The notes beneath the pieces were generated by a model. That model saw only the letters and a list, made by a program, of their open reading frames with translations, made no database searches and was not told the origin of the DNA. Source: the human T2T-CHM13v2.0 reference genome, Homo sapiens. From it: a DNA stretch of 64,000 nucleotides. Within the stretch, counting starts at the first letter, position 1; every line of letters begins with the position of its first letter. The stretch is taken from NCBI RefSeq assembly GCF_009914755.1, contig NC_060928.1. The stretch is one strand, 5' to 3'. The translations under genes and the position numbers were made by a program. Shown in pieces: positions 1-12,411 of this stretch.

Positions 1-645
1 ACTAAAAAGAACATATGGTGACTTAATTTTACAATAAGCTGAGATTAGTAGAAGAATAGTGATAGATGATTTTAAAAATTTATAAACTCATAGACTGAAA
101 CCTCAAGATTGTGTTTGTTTGACCTAGTGTTTAAAACCCAAAACTTGATATAGTGGAAAAATGGTTAGTTATTGCTAGAATTAGGATGAAAATTAAATTC
201 TAGGCAGAATCTCAAGTAGCATGTATATTTATGATTTGCAGTTGAATTATCAACTGAATTTAATTAGCTGTGAATATTTTGGGGCCTATATATTAGGCAT
301 TTCAAAACTGTTGTTTCTGTATTTTGTTGACAGGTCACAGAAAGGATTATTTCACACTTTAAGAGAAAGTGACTCAGGGTTGTTGGAAGGTGGGTGAGAG
401 TGACTAAGTCTGGGTGAAGTTTCCTCCTGCCTCTTTGCCTTTTCCTATGCTATTATTTTCCCACCTTCCATAGTCCGGGGAGATGACCGATGGATTCCCA
501 GGATACTCCTTTACTTACTACAAGTGATCAAGGAAATTCAAGGACTGAATATGATAAAATATATTTGGGGAGGAAATGTAAAGTATTTTAAAATTGATAG
601 TAAGTATAAGAAGTAATTTCTGAGGGCAAAATGGTGGTTGTCTAA

Positions 646-978
646 CAGGGGTGCCTGGTCCCCGGGCCATGGACTGGTACCAGTTTGCGGACTGTTACGA
701 ACTGGGCGGCACAGCAGGAGGCAAGAGGCAGGTGAGTGAGCATTCCCACCTGAGCTCCCCCTCTTGTCAGATCAGCCTTGGCATTCGATTCTCATAGAAG
801 AGTGAACCCTATTATGAACTGCGCAGGCAAGGGATCTAGGTGGTGCATTCCTTATGAGAACCTAATGTCTGATAATCTGAGATGGAACAGTTTCATCCCC
901 AAACCAACCCTGCTGGCCTGTGGAAAAATTGTCTCCCATGAAACCAGTCCCTGGTGCCAAAAAGGTTGGGGACCACTG
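646..978 (+). mobile_element. MER1B (hAT-Charlie) DNA transposon fossil
   Basis: Starts CAGGGGT and ends GGTTGGGGACCACTG (MER1-type termini). Internal motifs gattctcatag..gaaccctatt..gggatctagg and aaaccagtccctggtgccaaaaagg match the recalled consensus. Confidence 0.85.
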
Positions 979-2083
979 GTCTGTAATTTGTAATATTGAG
1001 AGAAATTGGGGAAAACAAAGATTTTTCAGAATCCAAAGTGTAAACTGATATAGTGTAAAAGATTTATAGCAAATAACAGACCCAAAAGCCTTAGTTTAAG
1101 GCCAGTAAGAAATCAAAATCATAAGAAGAATGAGGCTAGGGTAAACCCAACCCAGGAAAATAGCTCTGAGTAGACGCTAAAAGGAATTTGACTTGAGAGG
1201 CAGATATGGAAACACTTCTCTACCATGATCTAAGGATCTGAAATGAGCAACTCAATTTTCCTGGTGAAAATATTCAAACTCCATCGTTTGCAATTCAGTT
1301 CCCTTTATGAGATGGCCCAACCTCTGTTTGTTTCCTAGTCACTTCTTTCATAGCCAGTGTGTATCCAATGAGTAGACCTATGGGCCACTCTTGTCTGTGC
1401 TTTCCTGCTGCCATGGTGACATGAGTTTTGAATTTCTCTTTACCTAGATTACCTACACCTCCACTTTGAAAATAAACACACTGCTCATATTTGACCAAAT
1501 GGATCAGTTTGTCCATAAAATTTCCTCTGATTCCCTCAGCTGGAAGTACTCTTTCTTTCTAAATCCTAAATTCATGCTAAGTACCTCATCTGGTCGCTTA
1601 ACGCATTCTGTTTTGGTTTCAACTGTTGATGCATTCTTTTACTACGCTGTAAACCCTTAAGAGATAACATATATTTTATTGTTCATAGGCAAGCCAACCT
1701 TGCTGATAAATATTCACAGAATAATTAAGATTACCATATATAATTATTATCACATAATTGTTAAATTAAATATGTAATTACTAAATCACATAATTATAAA
1801 GATAATCATGTATGTATATATGTATTTATTGACATGGGTTAATCCTTTCAAGCAGGTTATTGGGTCTCAGGGTCATTTAAATAAAAGGATATTGAGGACT
1901 GAAAAGGAAGTCACAATAGGAAGGGAATTGCTTAATAGTTCAACCTGTTCATGTAACATTGCACGAGACTCTAGTTTTGTTTATTTCAACCATATATGTT
2001 TTTTCTCCTACCATGAACTTTGAAATGGCTGTCTGTCTACTAGATTACAATGCATAAGAAGAATAAGATTAGAAGAATAAGCA

Positions 2084-2578
2084 TTTTTGTTTGTTTGTTT
2101 GAACTTGAATTTTAGGTTCAGAGATACATGTGCAGGTTTGTTATATAGGTATGTTGTGTGTCATGGGGTTTTGGTGTAAGATTATGTTTTCACCCAGGTA
2201 ATAGGTTGAGTACCCAATAGGTAGTTTTTTGACCCTCTCCCTCCTCCCATCCTCCATCCTCGAGCAGGCCCTAGTGTCCATGGTTTCCTTTTTCTGTGTC
2301 CATGTGTTCTCAATGTTTAGCTCCCACTTATGAGAACATGTGATATTTGGTTTTCTGTTCCTGTGTTAGTTCACTTAGGATAATGGCCTCTGGCTCCATC
2401 CATGATGCTGTAAAGGACATAAACTCATTCTTTTTATGGCTGCATAGTATTCCATTGTGTATATGTGCTACATTTTCTTTATCCAGTCTACCATGGATGG
2501 TCTTTTAGGTTGATTCCATGTCTTTGCTATTCCTATCAAACTACCAATGACGTTCTTCACAGAATTAGAAAAAACTAT
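2084..2578 (-). mobile_element. 5'-truncated older L1PA (about PA13-16) 3' end with an inverted ORF2 segment at 2525-2578
   Basis: T-rich tail then antisense L1 3'UTR (tacatgtgcaggtttgtt, ctcccacttatgagaacatg). 2526-2576 reads on + as ORF2 [17 protein letters not shown]. Confidence 0.85.
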
Positions 2579-3376
2579 GTTTGTTTTTTAAGAACTGGAG
2601 AACCATAGTCAACTGGGGGAAATATCTTCTCACCTGTTAACAGGAGTGGGTGAGACTAGGCTGTTCTATAGAACTTGAGATCTTCCTATTTTGAACTTTT
2701 CTTTGGGAGCTGGATGATTTTATCACCTTAATTGGTAAATGTGTCTTGCAGAATACCTGCAAATAATGAATACTCAATTAAAAAGTGGTTTACTTTGTTG
2801 TTGATTTACCATATGCCTCAGAGATTTTCCTAGTTATAATCAAGAGCTATGAAGTATGTAAGTGTTTTTCAAACCATCACTTGTGGAACAGAGCCAAAGG
2901 ATTGAGATGGAGTGTAATTAGGAGTGTGTATAAATGATGCCTATTTTCTGGTGCATACTAGATAATTGTGCTTATTTTTTATAGCTAGAACAGCGACTAG
3001 AAAGTAAAGTTGACAACCTATTAGGAGCTTTAATTGCCTTTAAAATTCAAGTTCTACTGTAAATATTACTATTATAATATTGATAATATTTTAATCAGCC
3101 TTCAGATGTAGCTGTTTTTAAATACAAGAGAATGTACTTAAATATCCACTTTAATGTCATTCCTAATATTAGACCAGAGTTTTAGCAAAGTTATTAAGTT
3201 GAAATACAATCTTTAAACTATTTGCCAGAACATTAAGTTAGAATTTGCCAGTTCAGGTCAATATTTCTATGACACAATGCATATGGAAATTATTTAAATA
3301 TCTTTACTTTTTAAAATGAGGACTATTTATATTGAGGAGAAATATCAAAAAAGTTATAGCATTGTGAATACAAAAA

Positions 3377-3403
3377 GAAGAAGAAGAAGAAGAAGAAGAA
3401 GAA
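3377..3403. repeat. (GAA)9 microsatellite
   Basis: Perfect gaa run seen directly. Confidence 0.95.
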
Positions 3404-4362
3404 ATAACAGCTAGATACACTCTAAGCAGCTCAACTATCATTCCTAGAATGACTCCACAGCATTTTCCCCTTTGTACAGTAGATGTCACCAAAAGTTAAA
3501 GATGCCTGAGTAATAGATGCTCTTGGTACAAAGGAGAAATGTTTAACTATTATTTGAATCTAACGGTGAAAAATGCTAGAGGGCAAAACGTGCTTTTTCA
3601 TAAGCATGTCACACTGATGCCTTTATCTATCACATGCAATGTTTCTTCCCATTGGACATATTCAACCCTCCTGAAAAGACAATGTATTTTATTTGTTTTT
3701 ACGCTCTGTCTTTTTCTTTCAACCTTGGAATTCCATTTATGTTTTTTATATGCGGTCTGCAGGCTCTAAGAATTAAAAATATATCATTCATTAAAGGTAA
3801 ATCAGCTAATTTCTATACACGTCTGAGATTCTCAGGTAAAAGGTGTTATGTGAGATGCATGCCTAATTGCAATATGTTCCAAATGACTGTATTTTTCTTT
3901 TAAACAGGGGCAGAAGACTCTCCATATACTATCATTAATGCCAACATCATTATATTAGAATATTATATCTGACAGTCAATTAAGGGTTGCTGGGAGCTGC
4001 CTTTCTCCAGTAGGAAGCACAGAAAAGGGAAAAGGGCCTTCTAGCACTTTCTCAACTTACTGAAGGCTGACTGATTCCAACCTTACACTGATAGTTTGAT
4101 CCCAGGACAACAGGTGCAAAATATCTCAACCCCTGGGGCTAAGATAAGAACGCTCAGGGGTGAGAGGATCCTATCTCCCCAACCTCTGCAACCACATACA
4201 TTGAAGAATTCAAATTCAGTTGCCACAGCCCTAGGCCTCCTAGAAAAATTGAACTATCAACTAATTAGGGAGATCTAGGGGGCTCCCATAATGGGCCCAC
4301 TCAGAAGACTTTTCAGATCACAGTCACTTCTCCACCAGTTCAGGGTCCCAAATGTTCTAATA

Positions 4363-4539
4363 CAGACATCATCAGCTCAAATGCCTCTGGGATCCAGGCA
4401 AGTAACATAAATGTCTGAATTGGTCTAGACGGCTAACCCCACCATAAGGTATTTCAGTTCAAACTTTATCAAAGCTATTTCCACACAAACAAAAATCTGT
4501 AAGCCAGATTTCCCCCAGGCCCTTAGCTTTTGACCCCTG
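4363..4539 (+). mobile_element. MER45A-like hAT-Tip100 element
   Basis: ctcaaatgcct..ccaggcaagtaacataaatg..aaacaaaa..gccagattt..tttgacccctg resembles the recalled MER45A consensus. Boundaries approximate. Confidence 0.6.
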
Positions 4540-4573
4540 CTCTAATTGAATCAGGGTTTTAAGAAAGCAGCCA

Positions 4574-4869
4574 GGCCAGGGAGGTGGCTCATGCCTGTAA
4601 TCCCAGCACTTTGGGAGGCCGAGGCGGGCGGATCACGAGGTCAGAAGATGGAGACCATCCTGGCTAATATGGTGAAACCCCGTCTCTACTAAAAATACAA
4701 AAAAATTAGTCGGATGTGGTGGTGGGCGCCTGTAGTCCCAGCTACTCGGGAGGCTGAGGCAGGAGAATAGCATAAACCTGGGAGGAGGCAGAGCTTGCAG
4801 GGAGACGAGATTGCGCCACTGCACTGGAGCCTGGACGACGGAGCGGGACTCCCTTTCAAAAAAAAAAAA
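4574..4869 (+). mobile_element. Full-length AluY-like SINE
   Basis: Dimeric Alu with gagaccatcctggctaa and gagcttgcag diagnostics, A tail and TSD aaagcagcca on both sides. Confidence 0.95.
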
Positions 4870-4927
4870 GCAGCCAAAGCATTTTGCGGGCAGACTGAGC
4901 TTGCATTCTAACGAAATTCCTGTGACA

Positions 4928-5039
4928 ATTTTTTCATATAACCATATAGGTAAATTATAAAGAAGAGGAGAGTTCTCGTATCGATTTTTTCATATAACCA
5001 TATAGGCAAATTATATACGAGAGGAGAGTTCTCGTATCA
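4928..5039. repeat. Tandem duplication, 2 x 56 bp
   Basis: attttttcatataaccatatagg...gagagttctcgtatc starts at 4928 and again at 4984. Confidence 0.95.
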
Positions 5040-5589
5040 GTTTTACTTTCTCTTCACTAAGAACTTCGAGATGATTTCTACTTAGAACAGCTGGGGTTCC
5101 ATCTGGGTTGCCTTCGGCCTGGTGCCAGACCTTACTTAGTTCCTAGTTCTGAAATCCAAAACGTTATCAATTAGTTCAGTAAAACGTCCTGTCAAACGTT
5201 GTCTGTCTGAGTTAACTGCACTAGTGAAATATTTTATTGAATATTCTTTTACAGCACATTTATAATTGAAAAATGTTGTTTTTGGAAAAACAGTACAATG
5301 CAAATTCAGCTAGAATAGCTTATATTTCACTATTTTGAAATCACTGAATTCCAATAAAAGCTTGAGCAAGCTTTTAATCTACTGTCCTTCCCTGTAAATA
5401 AGCTACAATAAAAATGTGGCAAAAAATTAGACATAGCATTCACGATATTTCCACTCAAAACTTTTTCCACATTCTTTTCTATTCTTGGTAGCTATGTAAA
5501 GTTTTTGACAGTTATTTGCACTTAATGTTTATCAAATGTTGCTACAGAAGTCTCATAAATAACAATTTAGTTATTGCCCAATAATACTT

Positions 5590-5750
5590 CATCGAATTGA
5601 TAGGCCAGAATTTAATTAATCATTTCTTATTGCCAAGTAGCTAGGTTTTTTTCCGTTATAAGTAAATCTGCAATGAATAGAAATATATTAGTTCTTTTAG
5701 ATAATCTTTAGGAAAATTCCCTAGAGTGAGATTACTGCATTGAAGGAGAC
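5590..5750 (-). mobile_element. Highly diverged L1M fragment
   Basis: Weak similarity to antisense L1 ORF2 3' region (ctaggttttttcc..ctgcaatgaata..cctagagtgagattactg). Confidence 0.4.
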
Positions 5751-7141
5751 TTTTATGTAATTTTTGGAACCCAGAATAAAAATGGTTTCTAAAATGATAT
5801 CAATGTACATATACACATTACCATAAATTATTTTATTATACACATTTATTATACACATTAGCATAAATTATTACCTTATTTTACACTGTGTATATTTATT
5901 AGGTATGTTTTCCAAATTTTAATGAAAATTTTATTTACTTTTTCAATTTTTTGTTTACTGATTTTTCCTTATATGTGCTTGCATTTTATCCTTTCATGTT
6001 TTTTTCTGAAAATATTTTATTAGCCTTTTACCTTTTATTTTGGTTATGATATATTTCATTATAAAGAAACAATGGTTATATGTAGGAAAATCTGCTTTTT
6101 TTTTTCTTTATGGCATCTTTCCCCTCTTTTATCAAGATTTTTAATGAGACCAGTTTCCCGCAAGGTTTTCTGTTAATTAGTTTATATAATTCTTCCTGGC
6201 AGCCAAGCTGTGGGTAACTTCCGTATTTAGTTATTAATCTACTAGCATTGTAGGGAGGGCATATGATAAAAATTACCATTAATAATTCTCATTAACTTTG
6301 AAACATTTGCTACACTATACTGTTTAGTGTCTTAACAAATTTTGAGAGTAACTAAAAATAAGAATTTGTTAATAATTGAAAACAGTAAAATTCAACACAG
6401 TGCTACTCTGCTCTTGAATTTTAGACTATGTTTTTTCTCTGGAACTTAGTATTTACATACCAAGGGACCAATTCTTTTTAAAAATTTTTCTCCCAAAATG
6501 ACAAAATCAATCATTACTTTATAGAACATACAGCTTGTCTTAACCAAACAACTAATTTTCAATACTAGTTTCTAATTGGTTGTTTAAAATGTTAACATTT
6601 AGTTTCAAGTTAATTTGCTCTTTTTTCAAAAGACCAGCGGAAGCCACATGATTTATGTGTTTGTTTGTATAGATATTGTAGGAAAACAGTGGGTTCCTGT
6701 GACACGACCAGGAAAGATTAGGCTCGCAGACACTTTGAAGGGTGAGGGGGAACGAAATGTATTGGGCGAAAAGGAAAAAAAACTCAGCAAAGCGATAGGA
6801 GTTCCTGTTAACAGGCCTCCATCTCACAGACTGAATCCCAGGTCACCACCCCGGAACAGGAGAGCCTAGGCCAGGCTTCTCCTCCCTGCAAACAGTGGAA
6901 CTTCCCGATGCCCCACCGCGGCCTCTCAGTGCACAGCTTCTCTTTCCGTCTTCAGAAAGAATAAGGGGTGGTGTGGGAGGGGGTGTGGTGGCGGGGTGGG
7001 GAGGGTGTTAGTGGGGGTGGGGGGGTTGCAGGGCGGTGGGGAAAGGGCGGGCTTCATCCGGGACTGGCAGTTCAGTTTTTCAGTCCTCAGGCTGTTTTAG
7101 GCTTGAAGGCAGGGTTTAACCTGGGGGGATGGGGGTCGGGG

Positions 7142-8632
7142 TGAGAGGTGACAGCATGCTGGCAGTCCTCACAGCCCTCGCTTGCTCTGGGCGCCTCCTC
7201 TGCCTGGGCACCCACTTTGGCGGCACTTAAGGAGCCCTTCAGCCCGCCGCTGCACTGTGGGAGCCCCTTTCTCGGCTGGCCAAGGCCGAAGCTGGCTCCC
7301 TCAGCTTGCAGGGAGGTGTGGAGGGAGAGGCGCGGGCGGGAACCGGGGCTGCGCGTGGTGCTTGCAGGCTAGTGCGAGTACCAGGTGGGCGTGGGCTCGG
7401 CAGGCCCCACACTTGGAGCGGCCTGCCGGCCCCGCCGGCCCCCGGCAGTGAGGGGCTTAGCACCTGGGCCAGCAGCTGCTGTGCTCAATTTCTCGCGGGG
7501 CCTTAGCTGCCTTCCCACGGGGCAGCGCTCGGGACCTGCAGCCCGCCATGCCTGAGCCTCCCCGCTCCTCCGTGGGCTCCTGCCTCCCCCACGAGCGCTG
7601 CCCCCGGCTCCACGGCACCCAGTCCCATCGATCACCCAAGGGCTGAGGAGTGCTGGCGTGCACTGCTCGGGACTGGCAGGCAGCTCTACCTGCAGCCTCC
7701 GTGCGGGATCCACCTGGTGAAGCCAGCTGGGTGCTCCTGAGTCTGGTGGGGACTTGGAGAACCTTTACGTCTAGCTAAGGGATTGTAAATACACCAATCG
7801 GCACTCTGTATCTAGCTCAAGGTTTGTAAACACACCAATCAGCACCCTGTTTCTAGCTCAGGGTTTGTGAATGCACCAATCCACACTCTGTATCTAGCTA
7901 CTCTGGTGGGGCCTTGGAGAACCTTTATGTCTAGCTCAGGGATTGTAAATACACCAATCGGCACTCTGTATCTAGCTCAAGGTTTGTAAACACACCAATC
8001 AGCACCCTGTTTCTAGCTTAGGGTTTGTGAATGCACCAATGGACACTCTGTATCTAGCTACTCTGGTGGGGAGGTGGAGAACCTTTGTGTCTAGCTCAGG
8101 GATTGTAAACGCACCAATCAGTGCCCTGTCAAAACAGACCACTGGGTTCTACCAATCAGCAGGATGTGGGTGGGGCCAGATAAGAGAATAAAAGCAGGCT
8201 GCCCCAGCCAGCAGTGGCAACTCGCTGGGGTCCCCTTCCACCCTTTGAAAACTTTGTTCTTTGGTTCTTTGCAATAAATGTTGCTGCTGCTCACTCTTCG
8301 GGTCTGCACTGGCTTTATGAGCTGTAACACTCACTGCGAAGGTCTGCAGCTTCACTCCTGGAGCCAGTGAGACCCCGAGCCCACCGGGAGGACCAAAGAA
8401 CTTCAGATGCGCCGCGTTAAGAGCTGTAACACTCACCGCGAAGGTCTGCAGCTTCACTCCTGAGCCAGCGAGACCACGAACCCACCAGAAGGAAGAAACT
8501 CGGAACACATCCGAATATCAGTAGGAACAAACTCCGGACACGCCGCTTTTAAGAACTGTAACACTCACCTCGAGGGTCCGCGGCTTCATTCTTGAAGTCA
8601 GGGAGACCAAGAACCCCCCAATTCCGGACACA
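7142..8632 (+). mobile_element. Solo LTR12C (HERV9 LTR), near full length and CpG-rich
   Basis: TGAGAGGTGACAGC start, ..CCAATTCCGGACACA end, GGGG TSD, characteristic U3 CCAAT repeats and U5 gctgtaacactcac repeats. Confidence 0.95.
7743..8215 (+). promoter_or_regulatory. LTR12C enhancer/promoter: 160-bp repeat units with multiple CCAAT (NF-Y) boxes, then GATA and an AATAAAA TATA-like element
   Basis: ctggtgggg units start at 7743, 7903 and 8063. Repeated caccaat. gataagagaataaaagcaggctg at about 8179-8201. Established ERV9 LTR promoter layout; activity of this copy is untested. Confidence 0.75.
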
Positions 8633-10196
8633 GGGGGACTTGGCTGCTTCCTGTTTCTATCATAGACGCAGCTGGCCTCAGAATATTCCACTTATGGATG
8701 AAAGAATGATAGTGTTATTTTATGGAAGAATTTAAGAAGATGTTGCGGTATCATCGACTTTGTAAGTGTGAAGTGTTTTTACTATTCCACTCACAATTCA
8801 GTTCAGGAAATATTTGATTTAGAAAGAGATTTACTACAATTTGCTGGGTTTTCCCAAATAACCCTCTTGACAATTATTAATATCTTAGGCTTAGCAACTC
8901 ACTCAAATAGACTAAAATAGACTGAATATTTGCTTAGGCCTTCTTAACATATTTCAGACATATTTTTCTCTTCTTGGTCTTCCTCAGTAACATCTAGTGA
9001 TCTCCAAATCAAGAGATAAGAGAAACCAAGCATGCCTGGAAGAGACGTTTCTTAAAGGTCACCTACAGATCAATACCCACAAAAAGCAAACCACAAATTA
9101 ATGGAAAGGCATGACAGAAATCATTGCCTTTCTCATTAGGCCCTCTGCCAACTGCCTGTTACGTATTAGATCCACCCTGATTTATTCTAAGCCCTAGACT
9201 GCATAGGCTGGTGCTTATTGTCATGGTCATTATAAGCCATTATTATTCATTCCTAGAGTGCAAATGAGCTTCTTATCCTTTAATTCTTCCCTAGGAAAGC
9301 ACCCCAAGGGAACCATAATTTGCAAAAAATTGGCCTCCTGATTTCTTTTTGCCTAATGAGTTTAATTTTCGGCTTTGAAAAGGAGAAAGCTAAAGGGACT
9401 TGAAACCTACAATGTTAATTCTAATTGATCACTTCAAAGACCTTTTACATTCATAGATGACTGAATCTCAGGTTCAGAAAGTGTCTTAACGGTCTTCTAC
9501 TCAAGGCACACTAGACTCAGGAGACTGCTGTGAGAAAGAAAAAGAAATCTAGCTTATCTGTCTGTGGGAGATGCTAGAAACAGGGAAACATGAAGGCATA
9601 AATAAACAGAGATGTTCCAAGCCTTTTTGAGATCAATATATTTTACTCAGGAAATCTTTATAAAAATGCATTTCTTTGTAAAGATCCTGAAAGATTTATT
9701 TCTTGGGTATTACAAGTGAACTGGTTAGTGAAGTATTAAGAAATAGGTGATCCACAGCTTAATAGAAATATTGAACCTCCTAAAATGTCATAGAGAAAAA
9801 CAGTTTAAGGTTAAGGGTGAAGTGACAGATGTTGCACTATGGCAACTTTGATTATAAAATTATTTATTTATGTTTTGTGAGATTTTCATTTGCCAAACTG
9901 CTGATTCTTGAAAACTGGCATAATTCCAATATTTTCCTTAAGAAACTGAAACCGTTTTTGTTCTTTTTCCCATCTTTGGAGGAAGTCCTCTTAAAATGTA
10001 GAATTCATATTAATGTAACAGTCTGCAATGTCTGCTCAATTCATCGTAGCCCTGTGATGAAATACTCCGGATGTATAGGAATTACCATCATTGACTTCTA
10101 GGTTTTATTTGACAGAAAATTCAAGGAGAAGCTGGAATACTTTGTCTCTTTAGCAGTTATATGCTTGGCCTTTCATAACTATGACTAATACATATA

Positions 10197-11961
10197 CAGT
10201 CATGTGTTGCACAATGACATGCTGGTCAATGATGGGCTGTATAAACAATGGTGGTACCATAAGATTATAATGATGCCAAGAAATTCCTATTGCCTAGTGA
10301 CGTTCCAGTGTTGAGAGAAAGAAGCCCCTTTCCAGACCCCAAAAGGGGATTCTTGGATCTTGTGCAAGAAAAGAATTAGGAGTGAGTTCACAGAGCAAAG
10401 TAAAAGCAAGTTTATTAAGAAAGCAAGGAATGAAAGAATAGCTACTCCATAGACAGAGCAGGGCATTCCCAGAAGCAAGAGGAGGAACACATCCACATTA
10501 GGTACAATGCTTGTTTGCACTAAGGTAAGAAAACAAAATATCGTGGAAGAGAGGTGCTCTATTACAAGGGCTGTGACAAAAAGATTGTTAATCGGTGTAT
10601 AACTACTGTCTTAATAGTCTATATTTTTATCTTTGAAGTGAAACTTATTCTTAAACTAAGAATGCTTTTGTTCTTAAGATACTGGGACATCAGGACATTT
10701 CCCGGGTCTGTTATTTCCTGCCAGACCCAGGACTTAACAGACCCAGGATATAACAGACCCAACTGTAGATATCCTGTGACTAAGAATGCCAACCTCCTGG
10801 GAAAGCAACCCAGTAGGTCTCAGCCTCATTTTACCCAGCCGCTTTTCAAGATGGAGTCACTGTGGTTTGAATGCCTCTGATAGTAGCATAACGCATTATT
10901 CATATGTCTGTGCTGATGCTGGTGTAAACAAACCTCCTGCACTGCCAGTTGTATAAAAGTAAAGCACATACATTATGTATAGTACATAATATTTGATAAT
11001 GATAATAAACAACTGTTATTGGTTTCTGTAAGTACTGTAATTGTACTTGTTATTTTACAGTGTACTCCTATATATATATACATATATATATATGTAAATT
11101 AAATGTAAAGCAGCTTTAGGCAGGTCCTTCAGGAGGTATTCCAGAGGAAGCTATGGTTACAGGAGATGACAGCTCCATGCATGTTATTGCCCATGGAAAT
11201 CTTCTAGTAGGACAAGATGTGGAGGTGGAAGATAGTGATATTGATGATCCTGATCCCGTGTAGCCCTAGGCTAATGTATGTGTTTGTGTCTTAGTTTTTA
11301 ACAAAACATTTTAAAAAGTAAAAATTAAGAATTTTAAAAATAGGAAAAGCTTGTAGAATAAAGATGTAAAAAATTTTTTACAACCGTACAATGCATTTGT
11401 GTTTTAAGCTAAATGTTACTATGTGAGTCAAAAAAGTTTAAAAACTTAAGAAATTTATGAATAAAAAAGTTACAGTAAGTTAAGATTAATTATTATTAAA
11501 GAAAGAAAAATTTCTAAAAATAAGTTTGGTGTAACCAAAGTGTACAATATTTATAAAGTCTACAGTAGTTTAGAGTAATGGCCTAGGCCTTCACATTTAT
11601 GCACCGCGCGCTCATTGATTCACCCAGAGTAACTTCCAGTCCTTCAAGCTCCATTCATAGTAAGTGCCCTGTATATGTGTACCATTTTTTATCTTTTGTA
11701 TTGTATTTTTACTGTACTGTTTCTGTGTTTAGGAATGTCAGTACCCACCAGTGTATTACAACTGCCTGTAGTATTCAGTACAGTAACATGCTGTACAGGT
11801 TTGTAGCCTAGGAGCAATAGGCTATACCAACTAGCCTAGGTGTGTAGTAGGTTATACCATCAAGGTTGTATAAGTACACTCTAGGATGTTCACAAAATGA
11901 CAAAAATGCCTAGCAACACATTTCTCAGAATGTTTCCCTGTTGTTAAGCGACTCATGACTG
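10197..11961 (+). mobile_element. Tigger3b-like (TcMar-Tigger) DNA transposon, interrupted by an LTR at 10309-10882
   Basis: Termini CAGTCATG..CATGACTG preceded by TA. Internal gctggtgtaaacaaacct and tagcctaggagcaataggctatacca. Confidence 0.9.
10309..10882 (-). mobile_element. MER41-family ERV1 solo LTR
   Basis: Minus strand starts tatcagaggcattcaaacc..gactccatcttgaa..gctgggtaaaatgaggctgagacctactggg. Poly(A) signal appears as tttatt at about 10411-10416. Confidence 0.8.
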
Positions 11962-12411
11962 CATTTTAAATTTAGAGCATCTTTTCTGAAGAAAATGGTT
12001 TAGGAAATATATAGTCAGAATATGTCATTTTAGGGGACTGTTCTACCCCTAACAGTGTTTTAGGATTATCTTTAATCTTTTCCTGTGATCCAACCCCATA
12101 TTTCTTCAATCAAACAAAATTATATCTAAACATACTATCTGTATATTTAGAGCTCTTGTCTTGCTTTGTTTAATTGCTTGTACATGAAAATGTCTTCATT
12201 TATTTTTTGTTTCAATAGCTTTCTAGTTTATTTTGTTTTAATAGACTTCTAGTTGATTAGCCAGTGCTTCAAGATAGCAAGGCTAGGTTTCTATACTGCC
12301 AGCTACAATTATTTGAATCTCTTCTACACTCTTTCTCATGGTTCTTTACATTGCAGTCTCAAATTTACCTGCAGATAACCACTTTATATCTCCATTTTTG
12401 ACCTTCTTGTT

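Larger units (their letters stand above)
6674..8662 (-). mobile_element. MER61/LTR9-group ERV1 solo LTR, split into 6674-7141 and 8633-8662 by LTR12C
   Basis: Minus strand starts TGATAGAAACAGGAAGCAGCCAAG and ends ..gtgtctgcgagcctaatctttcctggtcgtgtcacag..ctacaata. 4-bp TSD TAGA at 6670-6673 and 8663-8666. Confidence 0.8.

Noticed and set aside
6674-7141. p53 response element expected in some MER61 LTRs
   Set aside because: No RRRCWWGYYY dimer is visible in this copy.
7743-8160. Regularly spaced repeats resembling a CRISPR array
   Set aside because: Spacers are themselves repeated. These are standard LTR12 U3 units in primate DNA, with no cas genes.
7148-8508. Cluster of 66-119 aa ORFs on both strands
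   Set aside because: All lie within GC-rich LTR12C, where stop-poor sequence gives spurious ORFs.
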